Origin: Candidatus Angelobacter sp.
GTDB lineage: Bacteria > Acidobacteriota > Terriglobia > Terriglobales > Acidobacteriaceae
Length of the DNA stretch: 64,000 nt
NCBI GenBank assembly: GCA_036496525.1
Contig: DASXKZ010000011.1
Span: forward strand, 27,207 to 91,206
Direction: 5' to 3'
Each line of letters opens with the position of its first letter. Within the stretch, counting starts at the first letter, position 1. A program made the position numbers and the translations under genes. Under the pieces are notes generated by a model that was not told where the DNA came from, searched no databases, and was given only the letters and a program-made list of their open reading frames with translations. Positions 18,602 through 28,083 of the stretch are shown here, one piece after another.

Positions 18602-19309
18602 TTAACGGCCTGCCACTTTTTGCAAATGCTCCAATGGCAAATAAGGAATCGGGTCCCGCGTTTTAGCTTCAGCAAAAGCGCGCCGCCGCAATACACAACT
18701 CTCACACACGCCGCAGGCTTTATCTTCACGGCTATAGCAGGACCAGGTCAAATCAAACGGAGCGCCCAGCTCCATCCCCAGTTGCACGATCTCAACCTTG
18801 CGCATTGCGATGAGCGGTGTAACAACCTGAATCCTGCCTTCGCGCGTACCTGCTTTTATAACTTCGTTGAAGGCTTGATAATATGCCGGCCGGCAATCAG
18901 GATAACCTGAACTATCCTGTTCCACCGCTCCGATATAAATCTTATCCGCGTCCAGGACTTCCGCCCAGCTTACGGCTGATGCAAGAAAGTGAGTGTTGCG
19001 AAAAGGGACATATGTTACAGGAATCTCGGCTCCAATTTCCTCACCAGCTTGGGGCACCTGAATGTCTTCATCTGTAAGGGCCGATCCACCAATGACGCCA
19101 AGAGCTTCATTTCTGATTACCAGCCGCCGCTTTATGCCCAGATGATCGCAAATCCGCTCAAATGCCCAGCGCTCGCGCTCGGCAGTTCGCTGCCCGTAGT
19201 CGACGTGCAGAGCGGCAGCGTCTGTATCCCGTGCCGCCAGCGCGGCGCAGACGCATGAGTCCATGCCTCCACTCAACAACACCACCGAGCGCGGTTTTTC
19301 ACCTGCCAA
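18602..19309 (-). CDS. queC: 7-cyano-7-deazaguanine synthase
   Basis: 235-aa ORF. VVLLSGGMDSCV PP-loop and a C-terminal Cys cluster, CGVCESCVLRR. Confidence 0.9.
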   Translation of the reverse strand: MAGEKPRSVVLLSGGMDSCVCAALAARDTDAAALHVDYGQRTAERERWAFERICDHLGIKRRLVIRNEALGVIGGSALTDEDIQVPQAGEEIGAEIPVTYVPFRNTHFLASAVSWAEVLDADKIYIGAVEQDSSGYPDCRPAYYQAFNEVIKAGTREGRIQVVTPLIAMRKVEIVQLGMELGAPFDLTWSCYSREDKACGVCESCVLRRRAFAEAKTRDPIPYLPLEHLQKVAGR

Positions 19310-19427
19310 GATAAACCCCTGATGTGCGGATGCCTATTTTTCAGATGGCCGTACAGCCAGAATAGCTGCCCACTTATTTCTTAATTATCGCAAAACTTCA
19401 GTGTTCATGCTGGGTTGCAGTTGCCCG

Positions 19428-20108
19428 TCAGACTCCCTTGGTCGCCGGCTCCCAAATGAATTTATGAATCTGTAGCCCAAGACGCACGTTAAGCCCATCT
19501 GCCAAAATCCATTCCGCCAAAACGCGGGGATCAAGCTGGCAGTTGGACGCGTCGCGTTCTCGGCTTGGAGACTTCAGAAACACCGGCGAAAACAAGACTG
19601 CCCCCACTTTCTGTTCTAACCCGTGCCGGCGCGTGAAGTCTCGCGCGAACTCGTAATCTGCGCGGTCGGCTAAGACGAACTTAACTTCGTCAGCGGCGGT
19701 GAGCGCCGCTAGATTGCTCATGCGAAACGTTCCGCCTTCGCCAGAGCCAGGGCACTTCACATCCACGATTTTGTGTACAGCGACCGGCACATTTTCCAGA
19801 GCACGCTCGCCGCTGGTCTCAAGCAAAAGAATGTATCCCCGACCGAGCAGACGTTCCATCAGCGGGACCAACTCGCGTTCCTGTAACATAGGCTCCCCGC
19901 CGGTGAACTCAACCAAGCCCGCGGGCGCAAGCTTAAGGACTTCCTGTTCGACCTCTTCGGAAGACATCTTTCCGCCGCCGGTAAATGTGTATTCGCTATC
20001 GCACCAGGAGCAGCGCAGATTGCACGCAGCCAGCCGGACGAAGATACACGGCACGCCCGCGAAAGACGATTCTCCCTGAATAGAACGATAGATTTCTATG
20101 ATCTGCAT
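19428..20108 (-). CDS. queE: 7-carboxy-7-deazaguanine synthase (radical SAM)
   Basis: 226-aa ORF with IYRSIQGESSFAGVPCIFVRLAACNLRCSWCDSEYTF. Confidence 0.9.
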   Translation of the reverse strand: MQIIEIYRSIQGESSFAGVPCIFVRLAACNLRCSWCDSEYTFTGGGKMSSEEVEQEVLKLAPAGLVEFTGGEPMLQERELVPLMERLLGRGYILLLETSGERALENVPVAVHKIVDVKCPGSGEGGTFRMSNLAALTAADEVKFVLADRADYEFARDFTRRHGLEQKVGAVLFSPVFLKSPSRERDASNCQLDPRVLAEWILADGLNVRLGLQIHKFIWEPATKGV

Positions 20109-20166
20109 GATTGATGATCTGCATGTGCCGGAAGAACACAGCCGAGTGCGGCTGGTGCTCCAAGTT

Positions 20167-20544
20167 TTATTCCGAATAGCGCGCGGTCGTTGTATCAGTT
20201 TCCCAGATGGTGACGTCTTTCACCGCAACGCGGCCGCTGGTAAGCAACTTCAGGCGGCCATTCGTTTGATCGTAAAAATATTTTGCCAGGTTTTCCGCTG
20301 AGGGGTTCAGCGCAATGAAAGGCTCGATCTCATTCAGCATCTGGTGGTCCAGCCGGTCAATCACATGCTTCATGACCTCTTTCAGGTCTTTGAAATCGAG
20401 CAGCAGGCCGGCTTTATCCAGAGTTGGCCCCGTCAGCGTGACGCGCACTTTGTAATTATGCCCGTGGGGGTTCTCGCATTTCCCTTTGTAATCGCGCAGG
20501 TAATGCCCCGCGGCAAATGAATCTTCAACCGTAACCTCGTACAT
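20167..20544 (-). CDS. queD: 6-carboxy-5,6,7,8-tetrahydropterin synthase
   Basis: 125-aa ORF with FAAGHYLRDYKGKCENPHGHNY. Confidence 0.9.
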   Translation of the reverse strand: MYEVTVEDSFAAGHYLRDYKGKCENPHGHNYKVRVTLTGPTLDKAGLLLDFKDLKEVMKHVIDRLDHQMLNEIEPFIALNPSAENLAKYFYDQTNGRLKLLTSGRVAVKDVTIWETDTTTARYSE

Positions 20545-20717
20545 CCGCTCCCCTTAGTGGGCTACGTGCTCAGGCCCATTCTCCATTGTAAATGCCAGGG
20601 TTGAACGCGAAAAGCCGCCTACGTCAATTAGCACTGTTCCTTGAACCTGCTAACAGTGTCACATTCGAGCCATGAAATACGGAGGCCTTTTCTGATCGTC
20701 TTACAGCCAGGAATTAT

Positions 20718-21044
20718 TCAAAGCCCAATTTGGACGACTTGACCAGGTTGAATAGACTGAAGTGCAACAATACAGGCTGGTAACTCGCGAAGAAGGTCGT
20801 CGATTTCTGATGATCTGGCCCGGATGATAAGGATAGCTATTTTTCGGCCGGAAAGATTCTGCTGATAACGGATGTTCTTATCGATTGTAACGAAAACATC
20901 AAATTTGCCTTCAGCTAAAGTAAGCAATTCACCGTTTTTTCTGCCCGCCAACCCGACCTCTGGGACCGTATAACACTCATGCCCGTGGGAGGCAAAGCCT
21001 GCTTTGAAAAGCCGGGACACACATTCATCGAACAACAGCTTCAT
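20718..21044 (-). CDS. DUF5615-family PIN-like putative toxin
   Basis: 108-aa ORF: MKLLFDECVSRLF..., acidic DE near the N-terminus and FVTIDKNIRYQQN. It overlaps the upstream DUF433 gene by 4 bp. Confidence 0.65.
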   Translation of the reverse strand: MKLLFDECVSRLFKAGFASHGHECYTVPEVGLAGRKNGELLTLAEGKFDVFVTIDKNIRYQQNLSGRKIAILIIRARSSEIDDLLRELPACIVALQSIQPGQVVQIGL

Positions 21045-21247
21045 TTAAGGCCCGCAAAAACAAACGCCTTAGCCTCTTCAAGGCCGGCAATGGCTGCCTC
21101 ACGAGTCACGGTCGGAAATTCATCCAGAAACTGGTAGAGCGTTTTCCCGTGCTCCAGATAGTCGAGCAGGGTCTGAAACGGTACCCGTGTGCCGCGAAAA
21201 ACCGGCTCGCCGCCAAGAACCTCAGGATCTTTGACAATGACGCTCAT
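21041..21247 (-). CDS. DUF433-family putative antitoxin
   Basis: 68-aa ORF. DPEVLGGEPVFRGTRVPFQTLLDYLEHG is the DUF433 signature. Confidence 0.7.
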   Translation of the reverse strand: MSVIVKDPEVLGGEPVFRGTRVPFQTLLDYLEHGKTLYQFLDEFPTVTREAAIAGLEEAKAFVFAGLK

Positions 21248-21533
21248 GAATTGCCGCCCTTTAAGGAATGCAAGCTCATTGTAGGTCTTTTTTGCTTCAG
21301 AGCACCAGTGTACATCGTCTCCCCATAACGCTTTCTGCCAATGTAATCAGCGGTTTCCGGGCAATCGCCTGACAGGCGACTCAACCACTTATTACTCGTC
21401 GGTAATTGCATTTTTCAGCTAGTCTAAAGACCAAGATCGAACAGCTGAGAATTTCTGAAGCAGATTGTTGAGTATTTTTTAAGCAAGAGAACGAAGACGG
21501 ATCGTTCTTTTCGCAGTTAAGGGGAAGAACTTA

Positions 21534-21791
21534 ATGATTAGCGGAGGCAGTAGAAACTTCAATGCAGCCGAGTGTGCCGACCGAGCGGAGAAGCACGCTT
21601 TTGGATTGAATGACAACAAAACCGTGATGGCATTGCGCAGATTAGCCGACGATATCGAAGCCGGCACGGTGGTTCTAAACAGCGTTACAACCTCAACACA
21701 CGCAACGCATGAAGAGTTTACAGTTCGTGAAATCGTTATTGAAGTGCTGGAGGAGTACCCCAATACGGGGCCGAGGATGGTCGGGAAATAG
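21534..21791 (+). CDS. Hypothetical small protein
   Basis: 85-aa ORF with SD aaggggaagaacttaATG. No family recognised. The antisense 94-aa ORF looks less protein-like. Confidence 0.4.
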   Translation: MISGGSRNFNAAECADRAEKHAFGLNDNKTVMALRRLADDIEAGTVVLNSVTTSTHATHEEFTVREIVIEVLEEYPNTGPRMVGK

Positions 21792-21838
21792 CTGTCGCCG
21801 AATCGGAAAGATGCGAAGCGAAATCAAATTAGAAACTT

Positions 21839-23851
21839 CTATGTGCTCGGGCCGGTGAAGAACTGCTCCACCTCAGCCAGGTCTTTCGTCTTTTTATAGG
21901 CAGGCAGGCTGTCAATAAAAGTTCTGCCATAGCGCTGCTTCAGCAGACGATTATCCAGCAGAGCGAGCACGCCGCGATCTTTCACTGAGCGGATCAGGCG
22001 GCCAAAGCCCTGCTTGAGCGAGATCACAGCCGCCGGAACCTGGTATTCGAAGAAAGCATTGCCCCCGGCGGAGTTGATGGCGCTGATTCGCGCGGCTACC
22101 ACCGGATCATTGGGCACCGCGAACGGCAGACGGTCGATGATCACGCAACTCAACTGCTCGCCTTGCACGTCAACGCCCTGCCAGAATGACGATGTTGCAA
22201 ACAGCACGGCATTCGGCGTGAGACGAAATTCTTCCAGCAGAGCATTCTTGGGCGCCGATCCCTGCAAAAGCATGGGGAATGGCAACTCTCCGAGCAGACG
22301 GTCATGGATGTCATTCATCTGTGCGTAGCTGGTAAATAGGCAGAAAGCGCGGCCTTGCGTAATATCCAGCAGGCGGCGGATTTTTTCCGCAGCGGAGCGT
22401 CCAAACTGAGTGGACCGCGGATCAGGCATGTCCGGCGGCACATAAAGGATTGCCTGCTTTGAGTAGTTGAAATGTGATGTGACCACCATTTCACGCGCAT
22501 GCTCCAAGCCTACGCGCTGGCGGACATAATCAAAGTTACCGCGATCAGGATTGCCGGCCACTGCCAGCGTCGCTGAGGTCAGGACAGCGGTTTCAAGGTT
22601 CTCAAAGAGCGTTTGCTTCAGGATCTGCGACACGTCAATGGGCGTCGCTTGCAACACAATGTGGGTCTGCCCGCCGCGCGTGCGACGCCCTTCACCGCGA
22701 TACTCGATCCAGAAGACCGTGTTCTTGTCTGTTGACTCAAGAATGAATGCCAGTTGTGCCTGCAATTCCTGGGTGCGACGGGAAAAGCCAAAAACTTCTT
22801 CCGGCTTTTGCGGCAGCAGCTCAAGCTCGGCCAGCACGCGGGCCAGCGATTGCATCACGGCGTCATAATCATCGCCATGCTTTTCCAGAAAGCCATCGCG
22901 GTCAGTGAATGCCGACCTGCCTTGTCCAGGCGGCAGCAAGCCAAAGAAAAATCTTGAACGCTCCCGCAGCTTGGCCAAAGCTTGAATCACTCCCGCAGAA
23001 ATGGCCTTCTTTTGCTGTAGCGTGGCTTCAATGTCGCGAGCCAGTTCCTCAAAACGCAGATTGCTCACGCTGACGCCGAAGTAGCTTCCCGCCACGTCTT
23101 CCAGCTCGTGCGCTTCGTCAAAGATCACGGCGGAAAAATCCGGCAGAACGCCTGCATCTGGGCCACCTGATTGGCGGAGTGACAGATCGGCAAAGAAGAG
23201 ATGGTGATTGACGATGATGATGTCACTCTCGGCGGCGCGACGGTGCATCTCTGTGATAAAGCAGCGGTCCCACTGCTGGCATTTTTGTCCGGTGCAGCGC
23301 TCCGTGCGCGCATCAAGCTTCTGCCAGAGTTGGGTGGCTTCCGGTAGGCCCTTCAGTTCGGCGCGATCGCCGCTTTCGGTGGTCTCTTCCCATTCGGCGA
23401 TCTGCCGGTATTGTTCAATTTCCTGCAGCCCGTTCAAGACCGGCTGGTTCGTGAGATCGTAAAGTTTTTGCCGGCAAAGATAGTTGTTGCGGCCTTTCAT
23501 GTAGCAGACGCGCAGTTTACCCAGATGTTGCTCAAGGAATGGGATATCCTTGAAGAAGAGCTGTTCCTGCAGGTTCTTGGTGCCGGTAGAAATAATCACG
23601 CGTTTGCCGCTGCGGATCACCGGCAACAAATAGGCCAGCGTTTTGCCCGTTCCCGTTCCAGCCTCAACGATCAGGTGCCTTTTCTCCGTCAATGCGCGCT
23701 CCACGGCTTCCGCCATCTGCAACTGGCCACGGCGGAATTCGTAATTCGGATGCGCCTTGCTGAGCAATCCTCCGGGGGCGAAGAACTCATGCAGCGTGGG
23801 CAGGCGGCGCGCGGGGACTGCGGCGGTTTCGGGCTGGTAGGAAGAGGCCAT
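21839..23851 (-). CDS. dinG: ATP-dependent DNA helicase, DinG/Rad3(XPD)-like with an Fe-S cluster domain
   Basis: 670-aa ORF. Walker A EAGTGTGKTLAYL, DEAH-type FDEAHELED, and Cys cluster CRQK...ERCTGQKCQQWDRCF. Confidence 0.8.
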   Translation of the reverse strand: MASSYQPETAAVPARRLPTLHEFFAPGGLLSKAHPNYEFRRGQLQMAEAVERALTEKRHLIVEAGTGTGKTLAYLLPVIRSGKRVIISTGTKNLQEQLFFKDIPFLEQHLGKLRVCYMKGRNNYLCRQKLYDLTNQPVLNGLQEIEQYRQIAEWEETTESGDRAELKGLPEATQLWQKLDARTERCTGQKCQQWDRCFITEMHRRAAESDIIIVNHHLFFADLSLRQSGGPDAGVLPDFSAVIFDEAHELEDVAGSYFGVSVSNLRFEELARDIEATLQQKKAISAGVIQALAKLRERSRFFFGLLPPGQGRSAFTDRDGFLEKHGDDYDAVMQSLARVLAELELLPQKPEEVFGFSRRTQELQAQLAFILESTDKNTVFWIEYRGEGRRTRGGQTHIVLQATPIDVSQILKQTLFENLETAVLTSATLAVAGNPDRGNFDYVRQRVGLEHAREMVVTSHFNYSKQAILYVPPDMPDPRSTQFGRSAAEKIRRLLDITQGRAFCLFTSYAQMNDIHDRLLGELPFPMLLQGSAPKNALLEEFRLTPNAVLFATSSFWQGVDVQGEQLSCVIIDRLPFAVPNDPVVAARISAINSAGGNAFFEYQVPAAVISLKQGFGRLIRSVKDRGVLALLDNRLLKQRYGRTFIDSLPAYKKTKDLAEVEQFFTGPST

Positions 23852-23947
23852 GACGAGCGTGTTTTTATAATAGCTGGGAACGGCAATTATCGGTTAGCAA
23901 TCGGCAGTATGGCAGCCGCAAAAATTTGATCCGGACGTGGAGAGGTA

Positions 23948-25435
23948 TTGTCACAATCCAAGAATAAGTCGCAGGCGCCACTGATCGCGATCGTTGGCCG
24001 GCCCAATGTGGGCAAATCCACACTCTTTAACCGCCTCACGGGATCGCGGCGCGCCATTGTAGGCGATGAACCCGGTATCACGCGTGACCGGCTCTATAGT
24101 GAAGTCAACTGGGACGGACGTCTGCTGCGCGTGGTCGACACAGGCGGGATTGTTCCGGACGACAAAGCCTTGATTCCCGCGGAGATCTTTCGCCAGGCCA
24201 AGGTGGCGCTGGAAGAATCCGATGCGGTGGTGATGGTGGTGGACGCACGCACGGAGCTGGCGTCACCGGACATGGAATTGGCTCGACTGCTGCAGCGCCT
24301 GGGCAAACCGCTTTTTCTGGCGGTGAACAAAGTCGACTCGGCCAAGCAGGAAGCCGCAGCGCAGAACTTCAGGACGCTGGGTATCCGTGAAGTTTTTCCC
24401 ATTGCCGCCGAGCATGGTCTTGGCACCATGGAACTAATGGACGCGATTATAGAGGTTGTGCCGGTTGTGATGGCGTCAAATGAGCCGGAACGTGATCGCC
24501 ATGGTGCAAAGATTTTGACGGCAGGAACTGTCGAAGAAGAATCTCCATCAGAAGCTTCCGGGGCCGAGGCTTCCGAAGAAGAAAAGAAAAAAGAAACAAA
24601 GGTGGCGATCATCGGCCATCCGAACGTGGGCAAATCCACGTTGCTCAACATCCTCACCGGCAGTTCGCGCGCTATCGTCTCACCTATTGCAGGCACCACG
24701 CGTGATGCCATTGATGAGCTGATTGAAAAAGATGGCCACACCTACAGGTTTATTGACACTGCTGGAATCCGCCGCAAAGGCAAGACCCACCTGATGGCGG
24801 AAAAACTTTCCGTGGTGATGGCGCGCAAGCACCTTGAGGCCGCCGACGTCGCTCTGCTGGTGATTGACGCCGTGGAAGGTGTGACAGGCCTGGATGCCAC
24901 TATCGGCGGATACGCGCATGAAAGCGGACGGTCAGTGATTGTGATCGTGAACAAATGGGACCTGGTGGGCCCTGCGCGCAAAGATGGCCGCCCCCCTGCC
25001 GATCGCGATCTTTATGAAAAGCAGGCGCGGCGCGCCTTGAAGTTTCTGGACTATGCGCCCATGATTTTTGTCTCCGCGGCAGCGGGCAAGAACATTGACA
25101 AGATTTTTCGGGCCCTGGAACTGGTGGCCAAAGAGCGGCGCAAGCGCATTGGCACTTCCCAGATGAACAAATTCCTGGAATCAGTGGACTTTACCCGTGC
25201 CTCAGTGCCTCATCGCCAGCAGGTGAAAATCTTTTACATGACGCAGGCTTACGCTTCCCCGCCCACGTTCATTCTTTTTACTGATAAAGACGTGAAGCTG
25301 CACTTTTCCTACGAACGCTTTTTGCAGAACCAGATCCGCCAGAAGTTTGGCTTTGTGGGCACGCCAATCTGGATCAAGAATCGCCCCAGAACGAAAGTGG
25401 AGTTGCCGCCGCGCAAGTCAAAGCGTAAAAGCTAA
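23948..25435 (+). CDS. der: Ribosome-associated GTPase EngA/Der
   Basis: 495-aa ORF with a TTG start. Two GTPase domains (GRPNVGKST and GHPNVGKST) plus a KH-like C-terminus. Confidence 0.9.
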   Translation: MSQSKNKSQAPLIAIVGRPNVGKSTLFNRLTGSRRAIVGDEPGITRDRLYSEVNWDGRLLRVVDTGGIVPDDKALIPAEIFRQAKVALEESDAVVMVVDARTELASPDMELARLLQRLGKPLFLAVNKVDSAKQEAAAQNFRTLGIREVFPIAAEHGLGTMELMDAIIEVVPVVMASNEPERDRHGAKILTAGTVEEESPSEASGAEASEEEKKKETKVAIIGHPNVGKSTLLNILTGSSRAIVSPIAGTTRDAIDELIEKDGHTYRFIDTAGIRRKGKTHLMAEKLSVVMARKHLEAADVALLVIDAVEGVTGLDATIGGYAHESGRSVIVIVNKWDLVGPARKDGRPPADRDLYEKQARRALKFLDYAPMIFVSAAAGKNIDKIFRALELVAKERRKRIGTSQMNKFLESVDFTRASVPHRQQVKIFYMTQAYASPPTFILFTDKDVKLHFSYERFLQNQIRQKFGFVGTPIWIKNRPRTKVELPPRKSKRKS

Positions 25436-26523
25436 AGCGCCGGTTGTACATCCAACGTTTGTGGCGGAGACGTTGGCGGTACAGGCTGCGGCCAGAGCAG
25501 GGCAGCCAGCTTGGGATAGCGTCCGCCAAAAAAGTAAAGCGCATACGCGGTAAAAAACACAGAGATGGGCGCGGTCAAAATTAGAAGCAGACAAAAGAAT
25601 CCGGCTATGGCCCGCAAAACGGCGATGCCGCAGATAATAATCCCAAACACTGCGCCGATGGCCTTGAAGGCCAATATTCCCAGCGCCACCAAAATCCCAA
25701 CTGGAATGCCAATCAAGACCAACGCAGGAAGCAGGGCGATGACAAAAGCAATGGAGAGCGCAATAGAGCTCCCGATAGCGCAAAGCAGTTTCATTCCCAT
25801 ATAGGCTGCCCACGCTTTCGGCTCGGAGGCGGCCACGCGCCACACCGCAGACCATGCGTCGCCAACAGAAAGGTCATCGAGCGCCAGCACCGGCATGATG
25901 AAATCTTTGGCCAACGTGGACACAACGGCAAAGGCGATAGTGACGGCAAGAACGCCCACCGCCACAGAGGCAATAATCGCAAAGAACTTAGGGAGAGAGT
26001 TGTCACCGCTGAAAAGGCCGTTTTTATAAGCGCGCCATAGAGGCCAGCCCACAATCAGAAAGAACGCTCCCCACGTAACCAGTTTGAATACGAGCCAGAA
26101 TCCAAAATAACGATTGGCCTGCGACTCGTATTTCCCCCATCCGCGCGCGATCTCTGCCCGCCCTGTAATCACGGTATCAAACAGGATGAAGCGGAAGCGG
26201 CAGAACAGGTAAAGAAAGATGAGCGCCAAGACGACAATCACGGCAATTACGATCACAAAAATATGAAAGTAATCTGCCAGATGAATGGAACGAATTGCGT
26301 GCAAAATATCGTCCACATTATGAGGAAGATCATCGTGCGGCACATTGCGAGGAATGACCGGCGCGCGAAAATTAGAACCACCGCCGCCAGAAACTACTGC
26401 TCCACCAAGAAGTCCGATCAGGCCGATTTTTAACCACATGCCCAGGCGGAACGGACGAAAGAGCATTGCACGCACACGCGCAAATGCCGGTGCAAATGAG
26501 TCAGTTGCGGATAGACGGTTCAT
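25432..26523 (-). CDS. Polytopic membrane protein (hypothetical)
   Basis: Start at ATG 26523 (MNRLSATDSF...), about 8 hydrophobic helices. No family recognised. Confidence 0.6.
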   Translation of the reverse strand: MNRLSATDSFAPAFARVRAMLFRPFRLGMWLKIGLIGLLGGAVVSGGGGSNFRAPVIPRNVPHDDLPHNVDDILHAIRSIHLADYFHIFVIVIAVIVVLALIFLYLFCRFRFILFDTVITGRAEIARGWGKYESQANRYFGFWLVFKLVTWGAFFLIVGWPLWRAYKNGLFSGDNSLPKFFAIIASVAVGVLAVTIAFAVVSTLAKDFIMPVLALDDLSVGDAWSAVWRVAASEPKAWAAYMGMKLLCAIGSSIALSIAFVIALLPALVLIGIPVGILVALGILAFKAIGAVFGIIICGIAVLRAIAGFFCLLLILTAPISVFFTAYALYFFGGRYPKLAALLWPQPVPPTSPPQTLDVQPAL

Positions 26524-27874
26524 AGAGACTCCCCGTATTTGCGCCAATCCTGGAATTTCCCTGAAGCCACGATGCTAGCTTTTCCAGCGCCGTTTCACAA
26601 ACCATCTTGTGCCGCAGTTTCTTATCGCGGACGCGGCGGCGGGTGGCTTCATCCAGTTGCGGCAGCAGATCAAAAGTGATGTTGGCCGGCTGAAAGTTTT
26701 TGCTCTCAGCATTGCAGATGTAGTGAACCAGCGATCCCAGCGCGGTCTCACGCGGCGGCGGGGTCGCGGGCAGTCCCTGCACAATTCCCGCGACGTTTAT
26801 CCCCGCCAGCAAGCCCATAGCAATCGACTCCGTATAGCCCTCGACTCCGGAAATCTGCCCGCTAAAGAATACGTTCGGATGCCGCTTTAAGTTCAATATT
26901 TCCGTAAGTAGAGTGGGCGCATTGATATACGTGTTGCGGTGGATCTGGCCATAGCGGAGGAACTTTGCATTTTCCAGACCGGGAATTAGCCGAAGCACGC
27001 GCGCCTGGTCGCCGAACTTCAAATGATTTTGGAAGCCGACCAGATTGTAAGAGTCGGCGCGCAGGTTTTCCTGACGCAACTGCACCACGGCATATGGCCA
27101 TTTTCCAGTGCGAGGATCGTCCAGCCCGACCGGCTTCATGGGGCCAAAGCGCAGAGTGTCGCGTCCACGGCGCGCAATCTCTTCAATCGGCAGGCAGCCT
27201 TCAAAGTAATTCAGATTTTCCCAGTCATGCCCTTCCACCATTTCGGCGGAGGTCAGCGCATGAATAAAGCGATCATACTCCTCTTTGGTGAAAGGACAGT
27301 TGATGTAGTCCGCCGTGCCTTTGCCGTAACGCGCCGCCATGTAGACCTTGCTCATGTCAATGGAGTCGGCTTCAACAATGGGACTGATGGAATCGTAAAA
27401 GAAAAGATGATCGCTGCCGGAAAGGCGCGCGATCTCAAGCGAAAGAGCGTCTGAAGTGAGCGGTCCTGTGGCGACAATGGTGAGACCGTTATCTTCCGCG
27501 ATCTTGGTAACTTCCTCACGGACGATTTTGATTTTTGGTTCAGCGGCAACGGCTTCCGTCACCTTGGCTGCGAAGGTCTCACGATCCACCGCTAGAGCGT
27601 GTCCGGCGGGAACGCTGGCCTCTTTGGCAATGCGCAAGAGCAATGAGTCCACGCGCCGCATTTCTTCTTTCAGCAGCCAGGGAGCAGTGTTCTCGCTTTC
27701 TGACTTCAGAGAATTGGAGCAGACCAGTTCGGCAAATTTGTCTGTCTGGTGCGCAGGCGTGGATTTCACTGGACGCATCTCATACAGCTCAACTTCGACT
27801 CCACGGCGCGCGCACTGCCACGCCGCTTCACAGCCTGCGAGTCCGGCGCCAATGATTTTGATTCTTGTAGCCAC
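26501..27874 (-). CDS. trmFO: Methylenetetrahydrofolate--tRNA-(uracil54-C5)-methyltransferase
   Basis: 457-aa ORF with a GTG start. IIGAGLAGCEAAWQ FAD motif and VCSNSLKSE. Confidence 0.9.
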   Translation of the reverse strand: MATRIKIIGAGLAGCEAAWQCARRGVEVELYEMRPVKSTPAHQTDKFAELVCSNSLKSESENTAPWLLKEEMRRVDSLLLRIAKEASVPAGHALAVDRETFAAKVTEAVAAEPKIKIVREEVTKIAEDNGLTIVATGPLTSDALSLEIARLSGSDHLFFYDSISPIVEADSIDMSKVYMAARYGKGTADYINCPFTKEEYDRFIHALTSAEMVEGHDWENLNYFEGCLPIEEIARRGRDTLRFGPMKPVGLDDPRTGKWPYAVVQLRQENLRADSYNLVGFQNHLKFGDQARVLRLIPGLENAKFLRYGQIHRNTYINAPTLLTEILNLKRHPNVFFSGQISGVEGYTESIAMGLLAGINVAGIVQGLPATPPPRETALGSLVHYICNAESKNFQPANITFDLLPQLDEATRRRVRDKKLRHKMVCETALEKLASWLQGNSRIGANTGSLYEPSIRN

Positions 27875-27883
27875 TTAAACAGC

Positions 27884-28083
27884 TTACCGCGGATTTGCGC
27901 GGATGGACGCGGATCAAAAGCCAAAAATAAACCACAGAGAGCACAAAGGACACTTTGAGGGGGGTAAACCACAAACGACACTAAGAAAAAGAAGCTAATC
28001 AAAGCCGATCACTACTTTGTGCTCTTCGTGTTCTTTGTGGTTAAGGCTTCTCTGTGTTCCTCTGTGTCCTCTGTGGTAAAACC
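27884..28083. repeat. Word-tandem repeat element E2 (composite)
   Basis: There is a CGCGGAT x3 block (27884-27917). accacagagagcacaaaggacac (27931-27953) and accacaaacgacac (27968-27981) face ctttgtgctcttcgtgttctttgtggt (28014-28041) and cttctctgtgttcctctgtgtcctctgtggt (28047-28077). Confidence 0.8.

Noticed and set aside
20545-20717. Looked for a preQ1 riboswitch upstream of queD
   Set aside because: The 5-prime region (…tacaatggagaatgggcctgagcacgtagcccactaaggggagcggATG) lacks the short hairpin plus A-rich tail (…AAAAAACTA) of preQ1-I. No alternative class was recognisable by eye.
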